From the NCBI RefSeq assembly GCF_000013725.1, contig NC_007955.1, positions 317,579 to 341,578 on the forward strand: 24,000 bases of DNA, read 5' to 3'. The number at the start of each line of letters is the position of its first letter. Within the stretch, counting starts at the first letter, position 1. Shown here piece after piece: positions 1 to 8,185 of this stretch. A model generated the notes under the pieces. The model saw only the letters and a program-made list of their open reading frames with translations, was not told where the DNA came from and ran no database searches. Made by a program: the position numbers and the translations under genes. The stretch comes from Methanococcoides burtonii DSM 6242. GTDB lineage: Archaea; Halobacteriota; Methanosarcinia; Methanosarcinales; Methanosarcinaceae.

Positions 1-1
1 T

Positions 2-184
2 GTGCATCTCAGACCTTCCGACTACGAGAAAGGGCATGAAGGCATCGGATACATGACCAACAGCCCCTGGTCAAATGCACTGGTATCTTCTGAGACAGGT
101 GGCTCAGGAGTTCCGAAATTCAAAATGATAATTGCATCCATCTCCGATGCAAAGGATGAAAAGGTCACTAGTTTTGATGAGTGA
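2..184 (+). CDS. 3' end of an unidentified protein-coding gene (open at the window edge)
   Basis: The reading frame is open from the first bases and ends at TGA 182-184. It is GC-richer than the flanking spacer and is followed by a T-run at 190-195. I do not recognise the product. Confidence 0.4.
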   Translation: MHLRPSDYEKGHEGIGYMTNSPWSNALVSSETGGSGVPKFKMIIASISDAKDEKVTSFDE

Positions 185-260
185 CCTCATTTTTTGATTT
201 ATGAATAAATTATTCTAGGCGTTGGCTATCAACAGTTTGGGTGCAAAGCCCGACTAAAGT

Positions 261-1109
261 TCAGATAAGTTCCTTAGGCTGCTTTTTTTCTGGTAATACT
301 GGCAATGGCATAGTATTGACAAGAATGGGACTTTCAACTTCCTTTGCACGTTCAAGTAAAAGTTCTTTTCCTTTTTGCGTAAGTGCAAAAAGAGGCACTG
401 CAGTCCCGACCTGTGCCAGAGGTTTGATGATATCCCGTATCGCTTTTGATGCACAGGAAGCAATGATGTCAAGATACTTTACTATCTCAAGTGCATCTTC
501 CCTGCTAAGGCCGGTAGTATGGGCGCCGATTATCATCATTTCAAGGTTGTTCTCACTCTCAATTTCACGAAGTATTCTGGCAGTTTCCGGGTCAACAACA
601 GTAACCGCAATTCTCTTGAAACCGAGTTCAATTGCTTTTAGTACTCCGCCGATTGGGTCGATGATGGCCTTAGATGGTTCAAGCACAATACCGCCCATCT
701 TCTCAATACGATCTATGACCTCATCAATAGGTTCGGTCTCCACAAGTCCCGATATCCTTGCACCCATTCCTTGAACAAGCACAGGATTATTCGTGATAAC
801 AGTGCCTGCCCCATCACAAACTGTCACGGTGGTATCGAGAATGTCCCTTCCAAGTCCTGTCATCATGACTTCGGAAGCACCAAAACCTACGAAAACATCC
901 ATCTCAAGCATACGGTCCTTTGTAAAAAGACCAAAATCTTTTATGCGAAATTCCATGTTCTCCTTAACAGCTTCTCGTGTGATCTTTTTGATGCCTCTTG
1001 CTTTCTCGAACAGTGGGCACCAGTCGATCTCCGGTTCACCGACTTCAACCACTTTGCCATTCTCTACAACGACTTTCGTCTTTCCAAGGATTTCCATTAC
1101 ATGTGCCAT
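261..1109 (-). CDS. DUF2099 / methanogenesis marker protein 8-like protein
   Basis: The ORF track gives 261-1163. I prefer the ATG at 1109 (MAHVMEILGK...) because GAGGT lies 6 nt upstream. HVMExLGK..VVVENGKVVEVGEP..CPLFEKARGIKKIT..ENMEFRIKDFG and VCDGAGTV..NP.LVQG.G.RISGLVET.P resemble my recollection of the methanogen-restricted DUF2099 family. The family assignment is from memory only. Confidence 0.55.
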   Translation of the reverse strand: MAHVMEILGKTKVVVENGKVVEVGEPEIDWCPLFEKARGIKKITREAVKENMEFRIKDFGLFTKDRMLEMDVFVGFGASEVMMTGLGRDILDTTVTVCDGAGTVITNNPVLVQGMGARISGLVETEPIDEVIDRIEKMGGIVLEPSKAIIDPIGGVLKAIELGFKRIAVTVVDPETARILREIESENNLEMMIIGAHTTGLSREDALEIVKYLDIIASCASKAIRDIIKPLAQVGTAVPLFALTQKGKELLLERAKEVESPILVNTMPLPVLPEKKQPKELI

Positions 1110-1183
1110 TATTGTAACCTCATAACTGATTTTTGAGAACAATTGTTCTAATTGGATATTCAATAGTAAAATAGAAAAGGGAC

Positions 1184-2485
1184 TTAGATAGCTTCCCTTC
1201 TGTCAAAGACCCTCTTAGCTTTACCTGTGGTTCTTGGGATTGTCCCCTTTTCCACAAGTTCTACATTGGCCCTGATGTTCAATACGCTCTTAAGCTCACC
1301 TTCAACAAGTCTTCTTGTTGATTCGAGGTCCTTTATCTCACCTGTGAATGCACCTTCATCGAGTTCTACTCTGACTGTTATCTCATCCAGTTTATTCTTG
1401 TTCCTGTCAAGATATATCTCGAACTGGTCGGTGATCTTCTCGATCCTCACAAGAACATTCTCTATCTGTGATGGGAAAACATTGATGCCTCTTACAATAA
1501 GCATATCATCTGCTCTTCCGAGTATCCTTGAGATGCGATTGCTCGTACGTCCGCATGCGCACTCACTTTTAAGAAGTCTTGTAATATCTCCTGTACGATA
1601 CCTGATCATAGGAAGCGCTTCCTTTGTAAGTGATGTGAGTACAAGTTCTCCTTTTTCACCTTCAGCAACCTGCTCTCCATCTTCGTCCAGCACTTCAACA
1701 AGATAATGGTCGCTCCATATGTGAAGGCCATCCTGTTCCTGACACTCGAATGCGATGCCAGGTCCCATCATCTCAGAAAGTCCATAGGAATCATAAGCCT
1801 TAATATTAAAAGCATCTTCAAGTTCTTTTCTGGTACTGGATGACCATGGTTCTGCACCAAAGCATCCGACACGTAATGATAATTGATCAATGATATTCAT
1901 TTCCCTGACGGTTTCTGCAAGGTACAGTCCATAAGAAGGTGTACAATGAATAGCAGTAACGCCAAAGTCCTGCATCATTTCGATCTGTCTGGCTGTGTTT
2001 CCAGTCCCGCTTGGTACGGCCATGGCGCCAAGTTGTTCGATACCATAGTGAAAACCCAGTCCGCCTGTAAAAAGACCATAATTGACAGCATTCTGAAAAA
2101 CATCGTTTGCGTCCAGCCCTACCATTGTAAAATTACGTGCCATCATATTTGCCCATGTTTCAATATCATTGGCAGTATATCCAACAACAGTTGGTTTTCC
2201 ACTTGTTCCTGAAGAGGCGTGAATGCGCACAACGTCTCTTTTTGGGACTGCAAAAAGACCGAATGGATAGTTGTCACGCAGGTCCGTCTTTTTGGTCATT
2301 GGTAACTTTCTGATATCATCTAGTGATCTTATATCTTCAGGAGTTATGCCAAGTGCTTCAAATTTCTCTCGATAAAAATGCACATTATTGTAGGCAGATG
2401 CAGCCGTTTTTTTCAAGCGGTTCAATTGCAGTTCACGAAGCTCATCATGTTTCATCGTTTCATATTTTGGCTGCCAGTATTTCAT
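1184..2485 (-). CDS. paaK: Phenylacetate-CoA ligase family adenylate-forming enzyme (PaaK / coenzyme F390 synthetase-like)
   Basis: 433 aa. The N-terminus (YWQPKYETM..ELRELQL.RLK....AY.NV.FYREKF...GI.PEDIRSLDDI.KLP.T.K.DLRDNYPFG) and the AMP-binding motif SSGTSGKPTVVGYT are typical of PaaK-type ligases, as is the C-terminal TTGKAKRV.D.R. Confidence 0.85.
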   Translation of the reverse strand: MKYWQPKYETMKHDELRELQLNRLKKTAASAYNNVHFYREKFEALGITPEDIRSLDDIRKLPMTKKTDLRDNYPFGLFAVPKRDVVRIHASSGTSGKPTVVGYTANDIETWANMMARNFTMVGLDANDVFQNAVNYGLFTGGLGFHYGIEQLGAMAVPSGTGNTARQIEMMQDFGVTAIHCTPSYGLYLAETVREMNIIDQLSLRVGCFGAEPWSSSTRKELEDAFNIKAYDSYGLSEMMGPGIAFECQEQDGLHIWSDHYLVEVLDEDGEQVAEGEKGELVLTSLTKEALPMIRYRTGDITRLLKSECACGRTSNRISRILGRADDMLIVRGINVFPSQIENVLVRIEKITDQFEIYLDRNKNKLDEITVRVELDEGAFTGEIKDLESTRRLVEGELKSVLNIRANVELVEKGTIPRTTGKAKRVFDRREAI

Positions 2486-2747
2486 GATGTGATCACCTTT
2501 TCACATCTGAATGAATTCAATCTTTAAATGATTTACTGTACTTTTTTTAATGTCTTGCAGGGCATGGAAATTATCCAATTGATCAAAATACAGTGTATTA
2601 AAGTCTCTCTTTTTTGCGAATGTATGAAGCCATAACACATACGTTTAATAAAATATTTATAAATCTATATTATTTGTACATAATTTTAGTTTTTATGGAC
2701 ATGCAGTTCTAATACGTGTGCAAACATTTTTTATTTGAGGGTTGTCA

Positions 2748-3686
2748 ATGAGCAAAGAATCTGTATTATTTAGAAATAGCACCAATAATCTAAACTTCCA
2801 CAATATTACAGCTGCACTATGGAAAGATTTCATATACGGTGGGCATATTTTTGCATTTGGGGCTATCTGCGTAGCTATTATGGCATCGATAATATTTGCC
2901 ATTCCGATAACCTGGGATTTTATGTTGATCATCTACCTGATATTCTATTCAATATATGTGTATGATTATTTTACTGGTGCAGAGGAAGACAAGGGAAATT
3001 ACTCAAGTCGTTCAGAATATCTGCAGAAAAATGACGAAAAAATGCTGATCGGTACCATATATGGTTCCATTGTGGCAATAGCTTTCACATATTTAATTTT
3101 CAGTGATATCAAAAATATGCTCATTGGATTTTCGATCCTTATACTGGGGCTTATGTACCATTCACACTTTAAATCCATTACAAAAAAATTTCCCGCATTC
3201 AAGAATTTGTTCGTATCTCTTGTATGGGGTCTCCTCATCTACATAATGTTCATCTATTATGGGTATCAAATAGACATGTCTGCAATGGTCATATCAGCTT
3301 TTGTATTTCTTAGGATGATGGGAATCCAGATAATGTTCGATATTCGAGATATGGAAGGGGATCGGATAAAAGGGTTGTTGACCATTCCAGCAATATTCGG
3401 TCATGGCAAAAGTATGTCTTTTCTCAAAATGCTCAATATTGTAACCTTAATATTGCTTGCATTTGGTGTCTATATGAAAATATTGCCAATTTTTGTCTTA
3501 ATGATAATGTTGGTAATGGCTTATTCAATTAAATACAAAGACAAAGTTCTAATGTCAAGAAATGATCACCGATGCTATATCCTTGCAGCAGGGGAGCCTG
3601 TTGTGTGGGCAGTCCTTGTTTGTGTGGGTATAGTGCTCTCCAGACTAGTTCCTTATGCGTTCGATATCGGCATTATGATATTTTGA
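2748..3686 (+). CDS. Polytopic membrane protein, divergent UbiA-superfamily prenyltransferase
   Basis: I chose the ATG at 2748 because GAGGGT lies 6 nt upstream; the track starts at TTG 2742. There are about 8 hydrophobic segments. The second Asp-rich motif is clear (FDIRDMEGDRIKGLLTIPAIFG). The first motif is degenerate (YDYFTGAEEDKGN instead of NDxxDxxxD). Confidence 0.6.
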   Translation: MSKESVLFRNSTNNLNFHNITAALWKDFIYGGHIFAFGAICVAIMASIIFAIPITWDFMLIIYLIFYSIYVYDYFTGAEEDKGNYSSRSEYLQKNDEKMLIGTIYGSIVAIAFTYLIFSDIKNMLIGFSILILGLMYHSHFKSITKKFPAFKNLFVSLVWGLLIYIMFIYYGYQIDMSAMVISAFVFLRMMGIQIMFDIRDMEGDRIKGLLTIPAIFGHGKSMSFLKMLNIVTLILLAFGVYMKILPIFVLMIMLVMAYSIKYKDKVLMSRNDHRCYILAAGEPVVWAVLVCVGIVLSRLVPYAFDIGIMIF

Positions 3687-3726
3687 GGACCAAACGTGTA
3701 AACATCTGCCATCGAGTTGGGCATTT

Positions 3727-4047
3727 TCATTTAAACCGGCAGATAACACATTCAATACTTTCATCGAGCAGAGTTCTGGTGTTGATAATTCCTACAACTT
3801 TAAATGATTGTGTGGGTGAACCTGGATGGATCGCTTCTACATTGCTACCGATACCTATCGCAAGGTTATCTGCAAGTCTATCACCAAGAACGATGCCATG
3901 TCCTGTAAGTGCAAGCATTGTGAAGCTTCCGGAAATAATATCTTTGCTGACATACATTACCTGATCTTCAGCTTCCGGTTCTATTCCTTTGAGAAGAGCT
4001 CCTTCCACATTGTCCTTGTATTTAAGGACAGCCTGGCACGAAAGATA
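3727..4047 (-). pseudogene. Internal fragment of a LolE/MacB/FtsX-type ABC transporter permease (extracytoplasmic domain only)
   Basis: The frame is open from a TGA at about 4048-4050 and reads VSPYLSCQAVLKYKDNVEGALLKGIEPEAEDQV...GHGIVLGDRLADNLAIGIGSNVEA...FKVVGIINT. That is the typical periplasmic-loop pattern of LolE-like permeases. The N-terminal TM helix and the C-terminal FtsX 4-TM bundle are absent, and there is no credible start codon or RBS. Confidence 0.5.
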
Positions 4048-4114
4048 CGGTGATACTCATTTCACTCCTTCTTTCCCTTTTATTAATTATAGGAGATATT
4101 TGGAATGAAGTCCA

Positions 4115-4312
4115 TCACCATCTTCGGGGTGTGGACTTATTACGACATGTGGGGAAATTTCGATGGTAATCTCCATAAGTTCCTCCTGTGCACGTGTTAT
4201 CATTGATATCAGGACGATTATGGTGCTCACTGCTTGCAACTGCCATTAAAGAAAAGAATGCGTGGTGAAGGTGTGAGTTTATATGGCGCATTTCTATGGT
4301 AAACTCGAACAT
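4115..4312 (-). CDS. Hypothetical His-rich small protein (65 aa). Doubtful, because a 33-aa plus-strand ORF at 4105-4206 overlaps it.
   Basis: ATG at 4312 with AGGAG 8 nt upstream. The product is MFEFTIEMRHINSHLHHAFFSLMAVASSEHHNRPD..., with no recognisable family. The antisense ORF also has a good SD, so the coding strand is unresolved. Confidence 0.2.
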   Translation of the reverse strand: MFEFTIEMRHINSHLHHAFFSLMAVASSEHHNRPDINDNTCTGGTYGDYHRNFPTCRNKSTPRRW

Positions 4313-4380
4313 CAAAAACACTCCTGATAAACTCTCAAATAATGATCTTATTATAATATTTTTTTTGTTTAATACTTATT

Positions 4381-4412
4381 TGTATTGCTGTATTGCTGTA
4401 TTGCTGTATTGC
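4381..4412. repeat. Perfect tandem octamer (TGTATTGC) x4
   Basis: Read directly: tgtattgc tgtattgc tgtattgc tgtattgc. It lies in the spacer about 220 bp upstream of the 4631 start codon. Confidence 0.9.
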
Positions 4413-4630
4413 TTACAGTAAATTTAGAGATCCTGGTGGGTTATGTATGTATTTCATGTATGCATAGCCGAAAGTTATTATTTTAATAAATTCAATCGAT
4501 GCATCTTGAAAATTAAATAATCGGATTTGAGATTTGATTTGATCTTATTTTATATCGGTCGGATTATGTACATAAATTGCAAAATTTACGCCACATGAAT
4601 TAAGTCCATGTCCATGAAAACATCTTTATC

Positions 4631-5920
4631 ATGAAGGTGTCTGAAAAGAGAATAATTGCAATTGATGCAGCAATAATACTTTTGTTCAGTTTTCTGCTTG
4701 TAGCAACAGTGACGGTCGTTTCAGCCGAGGGAGATGGGATCTTCACATCTGCTGAACTTAGTTACGAACTTCTCGATGACGAGAATATTGTGCATGTAAC
4801 TAAAGAGGTCACATTCAATAACGTCGATGAAAGTACACGTTACTGGCAAGGATATTACGACACCTACAATTATTACATTCCGGAGAATGCTGTGGATATC
4901 CGGGCATATGATAGTTCGGGCAGCATGGAATATACAAGAGGGGATGGGAATTTTTATGTTTTTAGATTCAATGAACGAGTCTGGCATAAAGAGTTTTACT
5001 CATTTGTAGTCGAGTATAACATACCTGTTAATCAAAATACTGCAGTTTTCAAGATCTGGGACAACAGTGATGTCGCAACTGCAAAGATTATCGTGCCTAA
5101 TGAATATGAGCTATATACGACTGATCAGGATTGCGTAACATCGTATCTGGATGATATTTATGTACTTGATCCTGGTATTCTGGGAAAAAATGTTGCATCA
5201 ATAACGATTGATCTTGTAAAGCACACCGAATTGAACAGTATGGTTGAAACTGTGGTACTAAAACAAAAGGATATTCTTGTGACAGTCAAGTACTGGGATG
5301 GGGAAGAGCAGTGGGCAGAGCATGTCATGGATACAACATCCAGAAGTCTTGTTATGCTCGAAGATAGTTGGGGTGTGGCATATCCTGCTGGTTATGACAT
5401 AACTATTATTGAAGGTAGTATGGAAGATACTAGTGGTTATGGGGGGCTTAATAATTGGAGCAATGGGATATTGCTGCTTCATACATCAAGGGATATAACA
5501 TTGATACATGAGTTGGCCCATTACTGGACAGAAAGCTGTTCTTTTGAGCAATTGTGGATGGATGAAGGCTACGCTAATTTTTATGCTTTAATGGTGCTTG
5601 AAAAACTTGATCCAGTGCAAGCCACAAAAGAATTGGACAGGCTCTATGAAATTGGAGAACCTGAAATGAATGAAGGGTCACTTACCGATTGGTCGATACC
5701 TTCTGAATTAGTTTCAGGTAATGCATATCAGACCAAACGAAATTACAAAAAGGCATTCATTCTAACTTATTCTCTCTATAAAGAGGTTGACATTGATATC
5801 TTTAAAGACGCTAATATTGAATTCATCAATATGGGGCATGTTGGTAACAATGACCACATAAGTATCATGGAAAGTATTTCTGGCAAAGAGCTTGACGCAA
5901 TATACGATCAATATATCTAA
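4631..5920 (+). CDS. Secreted or membrane-anchored zinc metallopeptidase, MA-clan gluzincin (peptidase_MA-like)
   Basis: 429 aa with an N-terminal hydrophobic signal/anchor (IIAIDAAIILLFSFLLVATVTVVSAEG). It carries HELAH followed by WMDEGYANFY, i.e. HExxH plus a downstream Glu in an xEGxA context, as in M1-like and peptidase_MA proteins. A T-run follows the stop codon. Confidence 0.8.
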   Translation: MKVSEKRIIAIDAAIILLFSFLLVATVTVVSAEGDGIFTSAELSYELLDDENIVHVTKEVTFNNVDESTRYWQGYYDTYNYYIPENAVDIRAYDSSGSMEYTRGDGNFYVFRFNERVWHKEFYSFVVEYNIPVNQNTAVFKIWDNSDVATAKIIVPNEYELYTTDQDCVTSYLDDIYVLDPGILGKNVASITIDLVKHTELNSMVETVVLKQKDILVTVKYWDGEEQWAEHVMDTTSRSLVMLEDSWGVAYPAGYDITIIEGSMEDTSGYGGLNNWSNGILLLHTSRDITLIHELAHYWTESCSFEQLWMDEGYANFYALMVLEKLDPVQATKELDRLYEIGEPEMNEGSLTDWSIPSELVSGNAYQTKRNYKKAFILTYSLYKEVDIDIFKDANIEFINMGHVGNNDHISIMESISGKELDAIYDQYI

Positions 5921-6065
5921 TTTCTTTAATGATCTGGTGAAAACGAGTTTTTTTAATTTACTAAGGCACATATTTTTATAGTTATCAAAGACTATTATAT
6001 TTAGCAACCCTGCTCATGCATATGTTCTTACAAAATTGCAGGTTTTGTTCTAAGAGGTATCTCAA

Positions 6066-7070
6066 ATGGATTTTATTGAAAAGCTTAAGGAAAAACAAAA
6101 GGATCAAAGTGCTAAAAACTGGTTTGACCTTGGAATTCAAACGAAAAGCCTGGATAAGAAAGTGAAATATTTCACAAAATGCCTGCTGATAGAACCCGGA
6201 AATGTACAGGCATTAAGACTCATGGCGGATGCTCAGCAAGAACTCGGAATAATAGATGCTGCACTGGGTTCAAGGGCAAAGGCAGATGAGATCGAAGGTA
6301 TTGCAAGTGGTTTTGAGCAAGATGATGATGTAGCTTTTGAAACTGTAAACTTTAGTTCAGATACCCCCATTTTAGAGGAAGAAAGTGTACCTGCACAACA
6401 GAGTTTATCCTTTTCAAATGATTCTCCGATGGCAGGAATTTCCACGGATGAGATTGTTCCTGCTGATGATGTGGTGGGCATAATAGAAGAGCCGCAGGAC
6501 GGGCTGGAATCAGTGAACCCTGAAATTAAAAGCAACAAGTGGACGGCATTTGAAGATGCAAAGGCCAAAGGGCTGAAAGGAGAGCCTGAGGAACTTTCTG
6601 GATTTGATGCTGAAGCACGCATGTCAGAGGAGTCTGAAATAAAGGGATCTTCTGTACTTCCTGAAGAGCGGGACAGTATTATGTTCGTTGAGTCTGCAGA
6701 TGATAAAAATAATGGCATATTTGTTAAAGATGTAGATAAGGGAAGCGAGGGGTCAGTTTCTGAACCTAAACTAGAAAAGCCTGCTATACTGAAAGTAGAA
6801 CCCGCTGTTGTGGAAAAGGCAGCCGTTCAAAAAGTTGCTAAACCTGTAGTTGAGGCAAGAGCAAATACTTCTGTAACAGAACCTCCTGTCAAAAAAGCAA
6901 CACTTGTACAGAATATGCCTGCTACAGCCCCTCCGGCAATTTCACAAAATGAGATCGGAGGCGTGGTGTCTGTTACAATTCCTATGAAAGAGATAGTCAA
7001 GTTCTGGGTCGTAGGAATCATTGCTATGGTGGTAACAGGGTTCATGCTAACTTCATTAGTGGGGCAATAA
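6066..7070 (+). CDS. Tail-anchored acidic protein with an N-terminal TPR-like repeat
   Basis: 334 aa. The N-terminus (WFDLGIQTKSLDKKVKYFTKCLLIEPGNVQALRLMADA) looks like one TPR unit. A long D/E/S/P-rich low-complexity middle follows, and a single C-terminal TM segment (FWVVGIIAMVVTGFMLTSLV) lies 3 residues from the stop codon. Confidence 0.7.
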   Translation: MDFIEKLKEKQKDQSAKNWFDLGIQTKSLDKKVKYFTKCLLIEPGNVQALRLMADAQQELGIIDAALGSRAKADEIEGIASGFEQDDDVAFETVNFSSDTPILEEESVPAQQSLSFSNDSPMAGISTDEIVPADDVVGIIEEPQDGLESVNPEIKSNKWTAFEDAKAKGLKGEPEELSGFDAEARMSEESEIKGSSVLPEERDSIMFVESADDKNNGIFVKDVDKGSEGSVSEPKLEKPAILKVEPAVVEKAAVQKVAKPVVEARANTSVTEPPVKKATLVQNMPATAPPAISQNEIGGVVSVTIPMKEIVKFWVVGIIAMVVTGFMLTSLVGQ

Positions 7071-7105
7071 AAGGGTACCATTGATATGTGGTACCCCTTT
7101 TTTTA
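7071..7105. terminator. Bidirectional stem-loop plus T-run between convergent genes
   Basis: GGGTACCA (7073-7080) pairs with TGGTACCC (7089-7096) across an 8-nt loop and is followed by cttttttt. It lies immediately after the 7070 stop codon. Confidence 0.6.
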
Positions 7106-7138
7106 TTGTATTTTACTCGTCATAGTCTTTAATACAAT

Positions 7139-7745
7139 TTATTTCCATATGGATTGGGTAATGTCAGAGACGGCTAAGGTAATTTTTTCGGATAAATTAT
7201 ATTTTGTATCGTATCTGAAAACACCAAACTCTTCTATAATGTCTGAACTGTCGGTCAAAATGGTCCTGTCATATGCACGATCGGTACTTTTGGTAGTGGT
7301 GTCGCAAGAATCATTTATGAGCCAGATGTAATTGTCCAGGGCAGAGGTATCATCCACATTAAAGTAGTTACTATCCGCATTGAGATTCCCCATAATAATA
7401 ATATCGTTTTCTTCCGGATATTGTGAACGTGAATATGATAACACGTCACCAAGAGCATTTATTTCTTCAGTTGCTTCATCAGGATCTGTGTGAATAACAT
7501 CATGGCTGCATCATAGTCGCCATCTAATGCTCGGAATGATGGGTTCTATAAAAGCTGGTTCGTCAGTGTCAGAAGCTCTGGGTGGATTATCTTTGCCTTG
7601 TTAGTATCGTTGATTTTTATGTTTAAGTTTTCAGTACTCGTTGTTGTGATCTCATCTGAATTAATGGAATTTCTTCAGGTGGACTGATGCAACCGGAAAT
7701 TGCCAATGATAAGACAATTGCTACAATAAGAATTGATTTTTTCAT
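7139..7745 (-). pseudogene. Disrupted DNase I-like (endonuclease/exonuclease/phosphatase fold) lipoprotein gene
   Basis: The 5' end encodes an intact lipoprotein signal MKKSILIVAIVLSLAISGC (ATG at 7745) that hits a stop codon after 40 codons. The 3' part aligns by eye to bovine/human DNase I: IHTDPDEATEEINALGDV ~ LHSAPSDAVAEINSLYDV; IIIMGNLNADSNYF ~ VMLMGDFNADCSYV; WLINDSCDTTTKSTDRAYDRTIL ~ WLIPDSADTTATSTNCAYDRIVV. Middle pieces (DEPAFIEPI ~ REPAVVKF) sit in other frames. Most of the N-terminal catalytic half is missing. Confidence 0.6.
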
Positions 7746-7780
7746 ATCAGTCTCCTTATTTTTTAGAGGACAGTGTTGTT

Positions 7781-7810
7781 TATTATATTATATTATATTA
7801 TATTATATTA
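7781..7810. repeat. Pentanucleotide microsatellite (TATTA) x6
   Basis: Read directly. It lies 36 bp upstream of the pseudogene ATG on the minus strand, in TATA-like sequence context. Confidence 0.9.
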
Positions 7811-8185
7811 AACGTATTAAAATATGCAGGGCTGTATCTGTTATCTATCTCAGAAATAAAACTATATATGTGCTATAAAAATATCGAATTTTTGTTGAAT
7901 ATTATTCTAAAATTCAATATACTTTGCATTGTGCTTAATGTGGGGTTATAGGATGTATAAATGGCGACTAGTAAAAGTTAGTTAGGGAAGACCCCTGATT
8001 TTAATTTAAAATCGATGATTCTTCTATATCCTCATCCCCTAAAATTGTTGATAAATTGTATTGGCAAACAATGTATCGCACAAAAATTAATTGAAAAATA
8101 TGTAGCGGCGATCATTTCAGAATATTTTATCTGATCGCACACCTTTATCTTGATCGTTTTAAATAATAGTAAGATTCACATCCAC

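Noticed and set aside
241-1136. Plus-strand ORFs of 177, 121 and 110 aa overlapping the DUF2099 gene
   Set aside because: They are antisense to a gene with recognisable conserved motifs and a good SD, and their products are low-complexity S/T/I-rich with no motifs.
4381-4412. Possibility that the octamer repeat or other short repeats represent a CRISPR array
   Set aside because: The repeat unit is only 8 bp with no spacers, and no 24-40 bp repeat/spacer periodicity occurs anywhere in the window.
6233-6718. 161-aa minus-strand ORF within the TPR/acidic gene
   Set aside because: This is a mirror-frame artefact of the acidic low-complexity region. It is Ser-rich and has no start-codon context.
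7687-7951. 63- and 72-aa plus-strand ORFs spanning the (TATTA)6 tract
   Set aside because: They run through a microsatellite and extremely AT-rich DNA. The translations are repetitive (YYIILYYII), and one lies antisense to the pseudogene signal peptide.
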